DNA of 64,000 nucleotides, from positions 1 through 64,000 of the forward strand of contig JBFMAD010000008.1 in the NCBI GenBank assembly GCA_040755855.1, given 5' to 3'. Below, one piece after another: positions 21,292 through 31,300 of the stretch. Each line of letters begins with the position of its first letter. The stretch's first letter is position 1. The stretch comes from Planctomycetota bacterium. GTDB taxonomy: Bacteria; Planctomycetota; Brocadiia; JAADGH01. The position numbers and the translations under genes were made by a program. The notes beneath the pieces were generated by a model. The model made no database searches and was not told the DNA's origin. It was given only the letters and a program-made list of their open reading frames with translations.

Positions 21292-22068
21292 TTACTTCCC
21301 CATCTCCTCCAACTTCCTCAGGCAGCGCTCGACCGCTTCGAGCGGCGGGTAGGCGTCGCTCTCGTACTCGACGATGTACCACTCCGTCTTGCCGGACGTC
21401 TCGCAGAGATGAAAGACCTCGTCCCACGGGATGTCGTCCTCGCCGATGAGGGGGCGGAACCCGGCGCGGCGGTCCTCCTTGCCCGGCTTCACGGTGTAGG
21501 GCTTCAGGTGCACGGTCGTTGCGCGGCCGGGGTACTTCTTCAGGATGGCGACGCAGTCGCCCCCGCCAGACAGGGCGTTGCCTGTGTCCAGCTGCATCAC
21601 CACTTGCTTCTTGGTGTTGCTGAAGAACGTGTCCCACGGCTGCTCGCCCTCCAGGGGGGTGAATTCGGTGTGGTGGTTGTGGTAGCCCGTGACCATGCCG
21701 TGGGCGGCGAGTTTGCCCGCGAGCTTGTTGAAGAACTTCGCCGTCTCAAGCCATGCCGCGCGCGTCTTCGTGCAATCGCCCGGAAGCCCGGGGACGATGA
21801 CGAAGCGATTGCCGATGCCCTTGTTCAGCGCGATGGTCTGCTCCAGCGTGTCGTCCTGCACGAGGGCGAAGGGCGTGTGCCAGCCGCAACACTTCAGGCC
21901 GAACTCATCCAGCAGCGGCTTGATCTGCTCGGCGGCGTGCTTGGGCGGGCCGGCGAACTCGACGCCCGCGTAGCCCATCTCGGCCACGGCCTTCAGCGTG
22001 CCGCGCAGGTCCTTCTCCAGATCGTGACGAACGGAATACAACTCCAGCGCTATCGGCACCTTTGCCAT
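21292..22068 (-). CDS. Sugar phosphate isomerase/epimerase (xylose isomerase-like TIM barrel, IolE-like)
   Basis: MAKVPIALELYSVR start with AAGGAG RBS. Motifs GYAGVEFAG, GYHNH, LDTG, VHLK, IVEYE. The longer ORF start at 22656 is unlikely. Confidence 0.85.
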   Translation of the reverse strand: MAKVPIALELYSVRHDLEKDLRGTLKAVAEMGYAGVEFAGPPKHAAEQIKPLLDEFGLKCCGWHTPFALVQDDTLEQTIALNKGIGNRFVIVPGLPGDCTKTRAAWLETAKFFNKLAGKLAAHGMVTGYHNHHTEFTPLEGEQPWDTFFSNTKKQVVMQLDTGNALSGGGDCVAILKKYPGRATTVHLKPYTVKPGKEDRRAGFRPLIGEDDIPWDEVFHLCETSGKTEWYIVEYESDAYPPLEAVERCLRKLEEMGK

Positions 22069-22232
22069 GAACGATGCTCCTTTTCTGTGTGTGACATCTC
22101 CAACTCGTCTGCGCCCGTCGCAGATCACGGCGCGGCATGATACCATAATCACAGAAGTTCTGCCAAGTGATTTATGGGCCGTCGCGTGACGAGTTACTCG
22201 CCATTCCCGCAAAAGCGGGGATCCACTTTGCG

Positions 22233-22261
22233 TTGACACGTCGGCGCGGCGCTGATATGAT
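22233..22261 (+). promoter_or_regulatory. Sigma-70-type promoter for the HzsA-like/multiheme gene
   Basis: TTGACA-17 nt-TATGAT with an extended -10 TG, about 40 nt before ATG 22301. Confidence 0.7.
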
Positions 22262-22300
22262 TTGGCGTGATCACTTGGTTGACCGATGGCCGACTCGACG

Positions 22301-24988
22301 ATGAATCCCATACTCCGTTTCCTGATCGGCGCAGCACTGCTGCCCCTCCTGTGCTCGGCCCAAGCGCCGATGCCATGCGACATCGCGTTTGCCAAACGCG
22401 CCCCGCGCGTCGTCTCCTTCGAGATGCCCATCTCTTTCGCGCCGGGCGGCAACCTGTTTCTCCGGAGGATTAACGGGGATGTAATCAATCTCACCCGTCT
22501 GGAGCGGGGTGACGTCGCATCGCCGTGCGTGTCGTTCGACGGAAAACGCCTCCTCTTTGCGATGAAGCACAGCGACCGCGACCCCTGGCGAATCATGGAG
22601 ATGGAGCTTGCGAGTCGGACGCTCCGGCAAATCTCGATGGGGCCGAGCAACGACATCTCCCCCTGCTACCTGCCCAACGGCGACATTGTCTTCTGCTCCG
22701 ACCGCGCGGGGATTTTGGACGAGTACGGTCGCGGCCCGGTGTTCATGCTTCATCGGATGGGCACCGATGGGGAGAACGTCCGGCAGATTTCGTTCAACAT
22801 GAGCCACGACTTCGACCCCGCCATCGCGCCGGATGGGTCGCTCGTCTTCGGACGCTGGCTGAACATGCCGGGCGCGCACCTATTTCCCCTTTTCGGGGCA
22901 AACCCCGACGGAAGCGGGATGTTCAGCCTCTATATTGACCGCTCCGATTATTTCCATCGCCTTGCTCGGCCGGTTCCGATGCCCGATGGTCGCGTGCTCG
23001 TCATCGCCATCCCACGCGGGAGTTCCTGCGGCGCGGGGCGTCTGGCGGTGATTGACCGGCGGGCGGCCGTCGAACCCGGCTATTCCTCTGCGAAGAGGAC
23101 GGACATCACGCCAAGCGACCTGCTCGTCCGGAGCGTCGGCGTCTTGCCATCGGGCAGGCTACTCCTCTCGTGTTCCCCATCGGTCGAGGGGCCACCCGAC
23201 TTCGGCCTCTGGCTGATGGATGCCGATGGGTCGGGTCGGGCGCTGCTTTACAACGATCCCGAATTCTGGGACGAGGCGCCGGTCCCGCTTGTAGCTCGTC
23301 GTCCACCGATGCGGCAGGCGGAGCGCTGGAACCCATCGGCCGCCGACGCCGTCATCAGCGCACTTAATGTCTATGACAACACCGGCGTGCGGGCGAGCCT
23401 TCGGTGCGACATGGACCTCGTGAACCGGAGGGGCTCGGCTGAACGAGTTCGTGCTGTGGAGGGGTTGGCGGAGGTCGGCGCGGATGCCGAGCCTCTGGTT
23501 TCCGTTCGATCTCGGATCAAAGGGAAGGACCGATGGCGGATTCTCGCCGAGGCGCCCGTTGCTCCCGATGGATCGTTTGCCATGAAGCTCCCCGCCGGGA
23601 AGCCCTTGCGGTTCCAGACGCTCAGTCCGACGGGGCGCGCCCTCACGGAGGAGATGAACTGGGTCTATGCCCTGCCCGGCGAAACGCTGCTGTGCCTCGG
23701 ATGCCACGCGGCTGTGAACCAGTCACCCGAGAGACGACCGGTTCCGATTGCGGAATGCGGATTGCGGATTGCGGAATTCAAAAGCCAGATTCGTGAACAA
23801 CAAATTTCGCAATCGCGAATGGACGACTGCGGGGAATGTCATCCGGGTATCTACATAAAGCGATGGGAGCGCAACGCCCATGCGACCTCGCACCGAAATC
23901 CCCGTTTTCTGAATTTCTACAATGGCACGGACGCGAAGGGAAACTCAGGCGTCGAGCCGGGCTATAAACTCGATTTTCCCAAGACGAGGGGCGTTTGTAC
24001 CGCGTGCCACGCGCCGAATAGTGCGGTCAGCAATCCCTGGGGGACAGACCCGGCAGAGACCGATGAAAAAACCGGCGGCGTCCACTGCGTCGTGTGTCAC
24101 CGAACCAGCGGGGTAGATCTGACCGGCATAGGGTCGCAGCCCGGGATTATCGGCATGGCGTTTCGACAACCGGGGACGTCGAAGGAGTTCCACATGGGGC
24201 CGTACGACGATGTCCACTCGGCGAGGGATGTCTATATGCCCGTTCATGCGCGGAGCGAGTTCTGCGCCCCGTGCCACGAGGCGAAGTTCTGGGGTACACC
24301 CATCTATGCCACCTATTCGGAGTATCTTGCGACGCGCGAGGCGAAGCAAGGCATGCGATGCCAAGATTGCCACATGCCGAGCGAGGGGATGATGCCCCCC
24401 CCGGCAAAGGATGGGGAGGTGCAGCGGGCAATGCCGCCGATCCTGCCGGTCCATGAGAACCGCGAGCACGAGGACAGGCTTTTGCGGAATGCCGCGCGGC
24501 TGGAGGTAAATGCAAAACTTGACGGGAAGAAGGTTTACGTAACCGTGTCTGTGACGAACGAAACGGGCGGCCATCATCTGCCGACGGGGCATGATATGCG
24601 AAACATTGTCCTGCGCGTTGAGGCCGCGGCGGCTGGCAAGCCGATGAGGCAGATCGCCGGCGAGCGCATCCCGGCATGGGGCGGGACAGGCGATCCGGCG
24701 GATGGGAACTACGCCGGCCTGCCCGGAAAAATTTTTGCAAAGGTGCTGTGCGACGAACTTGAAAACTTCCCCGCCCCGTCCTGGAGGCGCTGCACCGTGC
24801 TGAGCGACAACCGCATCGCCGCGCACGAGACAGATACATCACTCTATGAGTTCGAGCGCCCCGACGGCGCCGCGGTTACCGTTAAGGCAATGCTCATCTA
24901 CCGACGATTCTTCAAGCCCATTATTGCCGCGAAGGGGTGGGACCTGTCGGACGCGGTCATTGCCTCCCGCGAAATTACCATGGAATAA
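22301..24988 (+). CDS. Secreted HzsA-related (TolB-like propeller + HZS-alpha middle domain) protein fused to a multiheme cytochrome c domain
   Basis: Signal peptide; PD40/TolB-like repeats (SFDGKRLLFAMK, PCYLPNGDIVFCSDR); APVAPDGSFAMKLPAGKPLRFQ...PGETLLCLGCH typical of HZS-alpha-like domains. Then CGECH, CTACH, CVVCH, CAPCH, CQDCH and a GHHLPTG C-terminal domain. Confidence 0.75.
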   Translation: MNPILRFLIGAALLPLLCSAQAPMPCDIAFAKRAPRVVSFEMPISFAPGGNLFLRRINGDVINLTRLERGDVASPCVSFDGKRLLFAMKHSDRDPWRIMEMELASRTLRQISMGPSNDISPCYLPNGDIVFCSDRAGILDEYGRGPVFMLHRMGTDGENVRQISFNMSHDFDPAIAPDGSLVFGRWLNMPGAHLFPLFGANPDGSGMFSLYIDRSDYFHRLARPVPMPDGRVLVIAIPRGSSCGAGRLAVIDRRAAVEPGYSSAKRTDITPSDLLVRSVGVLPSGRLLLSCSPSVEGPPDFGLWLMDADGSGRALLYNDPEFWDEAPVPLVARRPPMRQAERWNPSAADAVISALNVYDNTGVRASLRCDMDLVNRRGSAERVRAVEGLAEVGADAEPLVSVRSRIKGKDRWRILAEAPVAPDGSFAMKLPAGKPLRFQTLSPTGRALTEEMNWVYALPGETLLCLGCHAAVNQSPERRPVPIAECGLRIAEFKSQIREQQISQSRMDDCGECHPGIYIKRWERNAHATSHRNPRFLNFYNGTDAKGNSGVEPGYKLDFPKTRGVCTACHAPNSAVSNPWGTDPAETDEKTGGVHCVVCHRTSGVDLTGIGSQPGIIGMAFRQPGTSKEFHMGPYDDVHSARDVYMPVHARSEFCAPCHEAKFWGTPIYATYSEYLATREAKQGMRCQDCHMPSEGMMPPPAKDGEVQRAMPPILPVHENREHEDRLLRNAARLEVNAKLDGKKVYVTVSVTNETGGHHLPTGHDMRNIVLRVEAAAAGKPMRQIAGERIPAWGGTGDPADGNYAGLPGKIFAKVLCDELENFPAPSWRRCTVLSDNRIAAHETDTSLYEFERPDGAAVTVKAMLIYRRFFKPIIAAKGWDLSDAVIASREITME
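23746..23820. repeat. Heptamer GA(T/A)TGCG tandem repeat with inverted partner, in frame inside the CDS
   Basis: GATTGCG GAATGCG GATTGCG GATTGCG GAATT (23746-23778) followed by AATTTCGCAATC (23803-23814). Confidence 0.75.
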
Positions 24989-24995
24989 AAACGGA

Positions 24996-25024
24996 TTGAC
25001 ATCCGCCGCGCACAACGGTATGGT
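24996..25024 (+). promoter_or_regulatory. Sigma-70-type promoter
   Basis: TTGACA-17 nt-TATGGT upstream of the 25083 ORF. Confidence 0.6.
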
Positions 25025-25082
25025 GTAGCCGCCACGCGCAGACCGAATAGGATTGTTCTAACCCATAGAAAGGGGTGCCGCA

Positions 25083-25748
25083 TTGAGCGCTGAAATTCAA
25101 GACTTCCTGTCCAATCCGCCCGCATGGCTTGTTCTTGCGGCGCTTGGCGCGGCCGCGGCTGCTGCGCTGCTTGCCCTTGCTTGTGCATTTGTGGCGTTGC
25201 GTGTTCGCGGTCGCGTGGCGCACAATGCGACGGAGATATCCTCCTTACAGCAACGAGGCGAAGAGATGCAGGCCGCGCTCGCCCGGCGCATCGACGAGGC
25301 GCAGCTCTCGCTCGACCAGAAGGTTGATGAGGTCCGCTCCTCCGCCCAGGCCCAGGCCGATCAGTCCCGGTCCAAGGCCGATGCGGCGAAGCAGTTCGCC
25401 GAGGATGCCAGGACGGAGGTGATGAACATGGTGCACCGCCTCGGCAAGTTCGAGGAGTACTTCCGGAACGTCTTCGAGAAGAACCTGTCCACCACCTTTG
25501 CGAATTTCGACCAGACCGTCACCGGCGTCCTCGGCCAGATGCGCAGCGAGTTGGAGCGCGGCATCAGCCGCATCGACCAGATGAAGTCCATGGTCGAGAG
25601 CCGCACCCAGGCCGAGAAGCGCCTCGTCGAAAGCACCGAAGAGGTCCAGAAGCTCCTGGACGAGGGCGAGGGCAAGCCGGAAGGGCAACCCCAGGGCGAC
25701 ACGTCCGCCCGCGAAGGCTCGAACGAAAGCGCCCCGGCGACGCCCTGA
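25083..25748 (+). CDS. Hypothetical membrane-anchored coiled-coil protein
   Basis: TTG start after GAAAGGGG. N-terminal hydrophobic Ala/Leu helix, then an E/Q/K/R-rich heptad region with GC3-biased codons. Confidence 0.7.
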   Translation: MSAEIQDFLSNPPAWLVLAALGAAAAAALLALACAFVALRVRGRVAHNATEISSLQQRGEEMQAALARRIDEAQLSLDQKVDEVRSSAQAQADQSRSKADAAKQFAEDARTEVMNMVHRLGKFEEYFRNVFEKNLSTTFANFDQTVTGVLGQMRSELERGISRIDQMKSMVESRTQAEKRLVESTEEVQKLLDEGEGKPEGQPQGDTSAREGSNESAPATP

Positions 25749-25766
25749 TTCCGTCCCGAATCGCCG

Positions 25767-26591
25767 CTACTTCGCCCCGGCAAGGCGCAGGAGAACCACC
25801 ACGACGGGCGGGATCTCAGGCATGGCATCCCATCTCAGGTAACGGCCCTCCGCGGGCTTCTCTCGGAAGGTCGGTTCCTCGATCCCGTCCATCACAAAGC
25901 CGTGCTGAAACGCCGTGTTGAGGAGCAGTGATAGCGGGCGGTGGAAGTAGTACTGCTTCTGCGGCTGGCCGACGATCCCGTCGCCCTTCCATACAGCGGG
26001 CGTGATGTAGGACGTGATCTGGACTCCCGCGCGTACCACGAACCCATCCTCTTCTTCGTGCATCTCCGCGAACTTCCGAAACCCAGGCGGCTGGAAGCAC
26101 GGGTGCATGATCGAGAACACAAACCAGCCCCCCGGCTTCAGCAACTCCGGCAACACGCCAAAGAGCGGGGTGATCGTCGCCATATCCATCAGGCACATGG
26201 TCGCCACCGCGCCGTCGAAACGGCCCGCGCCGAGTAAGCGCATCTGTTCCCGGTCCGTTGCGTCAATGACATGGTACTCGATGTTCCGCATGTCTTTCGG
26301 CGTTCGCTCCCGGGCGCGATGGATGAACCGCTCGCTGAAGTCAAAGGCCACCACGCGCGCGCCGAGCGCCGCCATGCGCCGTCCGAACCGCCCCGCGCCG
26401 CAGGCGATATCGAGGATCGTCTTGCCCGGCGCGGCGTCAATGAGGCGCTCTGTCGCCGGCTCGATCAGCTCGCACTGGAAGTCGTTGCCGTCGCCGATGC
26501 GGTCGTCCCACCACTCGGCGTTGGCGTCCCAGATGGCGCGCGACTCGTCGCTGTGTCCCTGGAAATCTCCGTTGGCATTTTTCCCGGTCAT
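25767..26591 (-). CDS. Class I SAM-dependent methyltransferase
   Basis: ILDIACGAG motif I, LKPGGWFVFSIMHPCF, YFHRPLS. Confidence 0.85.
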   Translation of the reverse strand: MTGKNANGDFQGHSDESRAIWDANAEWWDDRIGDGNDFQCELIEPATERLIDAAPGKTILDIACGAGRFGRRMAALGARVVAFDFSERFIHRARERTPKDMRNIEYHVIDATDREQMRLLGAGRFDGAVATMCLMDMATITPLFGVLPELLKPGGWFVFSIMHPCFQPPGFRKFAEMHEEEDGFVVRAGVQITSYITPAVWKGDGIVGQPQKQYYFHRPLSLLLNTAFQHGFVMDGIEEPTFREKPAEGRYLRWDAMPEIPPVVVVLLRLAGAK

Positions 26592-26725
26592 GGTTCTCCC
26601 TCATTTGGGAAGCAGAGATTGCTCTCGAAATGCGAAGCCATCCTATCACCTGCGCGCCGCCCGCGCAATCAGCATTTCGGAAGATGTCGGTTGATTCGGG
26701 GCCAGCGGCGCGTTACAGTATCGGC

Positions 26726-28426
26726 ATGAGACGCATAAGATCAGCGCTTGTCCTGCTCGCCATGGTTCCCATGATCGGCATGTCTCGCGTCGCCCATGCC
26801 GACGACCCGCCGCTTCCTCTGGTTCCCTATCCCAAGAACGTCGTGCAGAAAGAGGGATGTTTCGCAATCACGAAAGACACGCGAATCGTGATCGGAGAAG
26901 GCATCCAAGAGGGCGACGCCAACGGCGTGGCGATCCTCAATGAAGACGTTGAGCGGCTGCTGGGCGGCGCACTGCGTATCGAGCGCCCGGCCGCCATGCC
27001 GAAGGAAAGCGTCATCGCCTTCGATGGCTTTGGTGCATATCCCTTGATCGAAAATGCCTGCGCGGAGCGCGGATTCGCAATCCCGAAAGACCTGCCGTCC
27101 GAGGGGTACTTCATCTCTGTCCGCAGCGGCGCGATCCTTGCGGGGGCCAAGGACCGCCGCGGCATGGTCTGCGCATCGCTGACGCTCGGCCAGTTGATGA
27201 CGAAACGGGACTGGGCCGTCGAGGTTCCCTGCTGCGACATTGTTGACTACCCCAGCCTGCCGATGCGCATCTGCCATATGCAGGTCCCCGCCTACACCGT
27301 GCAGGGGTGGAACCTTTTCGAACGGCGCGCCGCCGAGAAGCCGGAGATATATCGGGACTTCAAGACGATGAAGGACTATCTGCCGCTCCTGGAGCACATG
27401 ACCCGAACAGCCCTGCGGCACAAGATGAATGGCGTTTTCATTGACCTGTGCAACGTCTTCCGCTTCACGAGCTGTCCCGACATGGCGCTGCCCCAGGCCG
27501 CGCCCGTCGCAGACCTGAAGCCGATCATCGAGCTTGCGCGGAGGTACTACGCCGAGCCGATCCCGCAGCTCAACCTGCTCTCGCACCAGGAACACTTCCT
27601 CGCCAAGGTCCGGCCCGACCTGATGCTCGTGAAGCTGGCGGAGTTTCCGAAGAAGCGGGTGTCGGATTACGGGGACTTTTTCTATTGGGAGCCGGTTTAC
27701 GACCCGAACAATCCGGAAGTGAGGAAGATCGTCGCGGCCGTGCTCGACGAGACCATCGAGCTCTTCCGGCCCGCCATCCTCCACATCGGCCATGACGAGT
27801 GCGGCGCGCTGGCCTTTGTGCCGCGAAAGAACGACCGCGAGATCACCGACCTCTTCGCCGGCAGCGTCCGCTTCCTGCACGGCTACCTGAAGGAGCGCAA
27901 TGTGCGGACGATGATGTGGGGCGACATGCTCCTGAGCGAGCTTCAGTTCCCCACCGGCTCGGCCCACGGCGCGCACCCGGGCGCGCCGACGTGGCCGGCC
28001 ATCAAAGACATCCCGAAGGATGTGATCGTCGCCGACTGGCAGCACTATCCCTTCGCCCGGCCCTATCCCGATGCGGGCGGGGCGCGGGAGGACTTTCCGT
28101 CGAGCCTCTATTTTTCCGACAACGGCTTCTCGGTGATGGGGGCGGTGCTGGGAAAATTCGCAAAGGAGAAAAACGACCTCGACCGATGGCAGAAAATCCG
28201 TACGCACAATCAAAACTTTTCCCGGTATGTGGCCGGTCTGAACCACGGCAAGAGGCCGGACAACGGCGGCGGCCTCGGCATGATCGTCTCGCACTGGTAT
28301 CTCAATCCTCTCTGGCTCGACGCCGCCCGCGACGAGAGGGCCGCGTCTATCCTCTCCGCCTCGGAGCAGTTCTGGAACGCGGGCGAACGCCGCGATCCTG
28401 TGACATGGCGAAACTGGACTAACTGA
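26726..28426 (+). CDS. Secreted GH20-like beta-hexosaminidase
   Basis: Signal peptide; GH20 domain-2-like N-terminus (LVPYPK, EGYFISV, IVDYPSLPMR); catalytic HIGHDE; MMWGDMLL. Confidence 0.75.
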   Translation: MRRIRSALVLLAMVPMIGMSRVAHADDPPLPLVPYPKNVVQKEGCFAITKDTRIVIGEGIQEGDANGVAILNEDVERLLGGALRIERPAAMPKESVIAFDGFGAYPLIENACAERGFAIPKDLPSEGYFISVRSGAILAGAKDRRGMVCASLTLGQLMTKRDWAVEVPCCDIVDYPSLPMRICHMQVPAYTVQGWNLFERRAAEKPEIYRDFKTMKDYLPLLEHMTRTALRHKMNGVFIDLCNVFRFTSCPDMALPQAAPVADLKPIIELARRYYAEPIPQLNLLSHQEHFLAKVRPDLMLVKLAEFPKKRVSDYGDFFYWEPVYDPNNPEVRKIVAAVLDETIELFRPAILHIGHDECGALAFVPRKNDREITDLFAGSVRFLHGYLKERNVRTMMWGDMLLSELQFPTGSAHGAHPGAPTWPAIKDIPKDVIVADWQHYPFARPYPDAGGAREDFPSSLYFSDNGFSVMGAVLGKFAKEKNDLDRWQKIRTHNQNFSRYVAGLNHGKRPDNGGGLGMIVSHWYLNPLWLDAARDERAASILSASEQFWNAGERRDPVTWRNWTN

Positions 28427-28600
28427 TCGGCCATTGCGGCCACTGGGGCCATTGGGGGCCGGTAGTTTTTGACTTTGTTTTTCATTGCGCAAGGCGGTGG
28501 ATGTCCATTGCGTAAGTTCTTTCTTGCCCTTCGAATATTGACAGCTATCCCCCAACCGAGTAGAAAAAAAGTTTCGCTGAAGGTAGGCAGGTGTAGACGG

Positions 28601-31264
28601 ATGAGAACAATAGTATTTTGGATCGCTCTTTTTGCGCTGACCGCGACGGCGCTGGCGGACAAGCCGAAGCGCCTGATGCCGTTTCTCTGCCGCGACGCCG
28701 TGGTGCGGGAGTCGGCGGAGCGCTTCACCCTGATTGGAAATGACGGCACGCCCGGCCCGGCGCTGGTCATCGGAAAGGCGCCCAACGGGACCGGCCAGGG
28801 TTTTGAAAACGTCCAGGTTCGCCGGGCGGCGGCGACATTGATTACGTTTCTGGACAGGATCACGGGCGGGAAGTTCCGCATCCCCGGAAGCACGGCGGAG
28901 GCCCTCGCGGCGCCGGGCAATCGGATCTTCGTCGGCGCCATTGGGGACCCGATGGACACGTTTCCTGAGTTGCGGAAGGCCGATGCGCACGGGTTTGTCA
29001 TTGCAACGAAAAGCACAGGAGCAGGTATAGACCTTCACATCGTCGGCGCGTCAGGGACGGGGACGCTCTACGGGACGTGGTTTTTTTTAATGAATTACGC
29101 CGACGTGCGGATCGTCATGCCGGGGGAGATCGGGCAGGTCTATCCGCAATGGGATCGCCTGGAAATTCCGAAGGATCTTTACGTCCTGAATCCCCGGCCC
29201 GATTTTCTGCTCAGGATGTGGAGCGGCGAGAGCGGTCTGGATCAGACGGCGCTGCTGGCCGACAACACGCAGACGCAGCGTTTCCAGTATCACCACAACA
29301 TGTTCACGATATTCGCTCCCGAAAAATTTTCAAAAACGAATAATGAGTTCTACCCCGTCCTGCGGGGCGAGCGATACATTCCCGGGCCCACAGAGCGTGA
29401 CCACTGGCAGCCGACCTTCAGCGAGCCGACCGTGACGAAGCGCGCCATTGAGTATGCCGACCATCTGTTTACGAATCACAAGGAAATTCAGTCCATCTCC
29501 TTGACGGTGAATGACGGCGGCGGATTTTCGGAGCTGGATGCCAAGGACACGCGAAATGGGATCAAGGGTATCAATGAGGCGTATTACACATTCGTGAATA
29601 ACGTGGCGCGCAGCATCAGCGAGCGATGGCCGGACAAGTACGTCGCCTTCCTTCCCTACGCCGCCGTGAAAGACCCGCCGCTGTTCAATCTGGACGACAA
29701 CGTGATGATGTTCATCTTCAGCCAGAGCGGCAACCCGAAGCAGGTCTATGCGGCGTGGGAGGGGAAGGTGAAGCACATCGGGGTTTATCAATGGCTCTAT
29801 GGCATGGGCTGGGTCATCCCAAACCACTGGCCGCACGGGATTCAGGACTATCTTCGCTGGGTGCGCGAGCGCGGCGGCCTCGCCTTCAAGGGCGAGGCCT
29901 ATGTCGCCTGGGCCCAGGCCGGGCCGAAAATGTGGGTGCTCAACAATCTGCTGTGGAACGTGGATGCCGATGTGGATGCGCTGCTGACCGACTTCTATGA
30001 GCACGCCTACGGGAAAGAGGCCGCCCCCGCCATGGCGCGTTACTTTGTGCAAGCCGAGAAGATCTACGAGCGGCGGCGTACGCCGGACTCATTTAACCTG
30101 ACTCGATGGCGGCCGGGGTCTTATCAGTTCCAATACGCCACCGCCAGGGATTTCGACGTTATGGCCGAGGCGCTCGAAGAGGCGGGGCGCCTCGCCCAGG
30201 GCGACGCGAATAAACGGCGCATTGACATGGTCGCCAGGTGCTTTCGCTGGGGACGGTGCTACTGGGACCAATATCGCGCCTACGAAGATCTGAAGCGGCA
30301 AGACCCGCCCAAGGCGGGCAGCGAGGATGAGGCCGCTTCGCTGCTCGACGCGGCGGCCGCCTTCTACGACGCCCGCGAGCGGTGCGACAACCACCGCGAT
30401 GTCTATATCGAGCCGCTGCCCAACTACTGCGTCTGCCCGCCTCAGCCCATCGAGGGGGACCGGACGAGGGATGCCTCCTGGTGGTGGCGGGTTGATCCGG
30501 GTTTTGAATGGGGTGATGTGGATGAGCGCGCGGCCAGTGCCTGCGACGCTATCACAAAATACAAAAAGCAAACATTACCCCACGCGGCGGTCGCCGAGTA
30601 CTGGAGCATGGTCGCTGAGATACACCCCCGGTTGAAGCCCTTCACCAATCACCAGCGATTGCTCCTGCTGCATCCCAATGCCGCGCTGAGAAACCTGTTG
30701 TCAAACGGCTCCTTTGAGGAAGCGCCGGCGGCAGACGATTCCGATCAGAAGCGCCTGTTCGAGGCGTTCCAGTCCGGGACGATTCGTTATTTTGATTGCG
30801 ACTCCTACAAGATCACGGGGGCGGTGAGCCGCGACTGGTTCATCTACAAAAAACGCTCGGTTGATGCGTCCGTCTCCCTCGATGCAGATGTGAAGCATGA
30901 TGGCAACGTCAGCGCCACGGCCAGGGGGCGGGCGCAGCATATCGGCGTCATTCGAAATGTTCACATTAACGAAAATCGCGCCCGGTATCGCTTATCCTTC
31001 CAGTATCGGATGACGACGGCCGCGAACGGGTTCTGCGGGATCATGTTCTACGGGGTGAAAAACCTGCCGGGCGTTTCGGCGCCAATCGAGCCATCGCAGA
31101 CCTGGCGGAAGCAGGAGGTAGTCTTCACTGTCAACTATTCAGATCACGTAAACACAGATTTTACCCTCGTGCTCGGCATGGAACAATCGAGCCTAGCCGA
31201 TAGTCAGATCTGGTTTGATGATGTTCGGCTGGAAATGCTCTCTGCCGAGGGACGGGCGGAGTGA
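28601..31264 (+). CDS. Secreted DUF4838-type putative glycoside hydrolase with C-terminal carbohydrate-binding-like domain
   Basis: Signal peptide; GTLYG, WQPTFSEP, SISLTVNDG, LLWNVDADVDALLTDFYEHAYG; C-terminal NLLSNGSFE...IWFDDVRL jelly-roll signature. Confidence 0.7.
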   Translation: MRTIVFWIALFALTATALADKPKRLMPFLCRDAVVRESAERFTLIGNDGTPGPALVIGKAPNGTGQGFENVQVRRAAATLITFLDRITGGKFRIPGSTAEALAAPGNRIFVGAIGDPMDTFPELRKADAHGFVIATKSTGAGIDLHIVGASGTGTLYGTWFFLMNYADVRIVMPGEIGQVYPQWDRLEIPKDLYVLNPRPDFLLRMWSGESGLDQTALLADNTQTQRFQYHHNMFTIFAPEKFSKTNNEFYPVLRGERYIPGPTERDHWQPTFSEPTVTKRAIEYADHLFTNHKEIQSISLTVNDGGGFSELDAKDTRNGIKGINEAYYTFVNNVARSISERWPDKYVAFLPYAAVKDPPLFNLDDNVMMFIFSQSGNPKQVYAAWEGKVKHIGVYQWLYGMGWVIPNHWPHGIQDYLRWVRERGGLAFKGEAYVAWAQAGPKMWVLNNLLWNVDADVDALLTDFYEHAYGKEAAPAMARYFVQAEKIYERRRTPDSFNLTRWRPGSYQFQYATARDFDVMAEALEEAGRLAQGDANKRRIDMVARCFRWGRCYWDQYRAYEDLKRQDPPKAGSEDEAASLLDAAAAFYDARERCDNHRDVYIEPLPNYCVCPPQPIEGDRTRDASWWWRVDPGFEWGDVDERAASACDAITKYKKQTLPHAAVAEYWSMVAEIHPRLKPFTNHQRLLLLHPNAALRNLLSNGSFEEAPAADDSDQKRLFEAFQSGTIRYFDCDSYKITGAVSRDWFIYKKRSVDASVSLDADVKHDGNVSATARGRAQHIGVIRNVHINENRARYRLSFQYRMTTAANGFCGIMFYGVKNLPGVSAPIEPSQTWRKQEVVFTVNYSDHVNTDFTLVLGMEQSSLADSQIWFDDVRLEMLSAEGRAE

Positions 31265-31300
31265 CGGCGGAGCGAGAGCGCGCAGGACGGAGGAGGCCGG

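Noticed and set aside
22069..22656. N-terminal extension of the 454-aa ORF
   Set aside because: It overlaps the divergent gene and its promoter; the good RBS and family start are at 22068.
22301..24988. Bona fide anammox hydrazine synthase hzsA
   Set aside because: No hzsB/hzsC neighbours, a different C-terminal half, and a heterotrophic high-GC context.
28430..28470. Short GGCCAYTG repeats followed by a T-rich tract
   Set aside because: Only three degenerate units; possibly a weak terminator, but not supportable.
26741..29038. 765-aa minus-strand ORF and similar shadows (48113-50224, 56282-57916, 58117-59733)
   Set aside because: Antisense to well-supported genes, with no recognisable domains.
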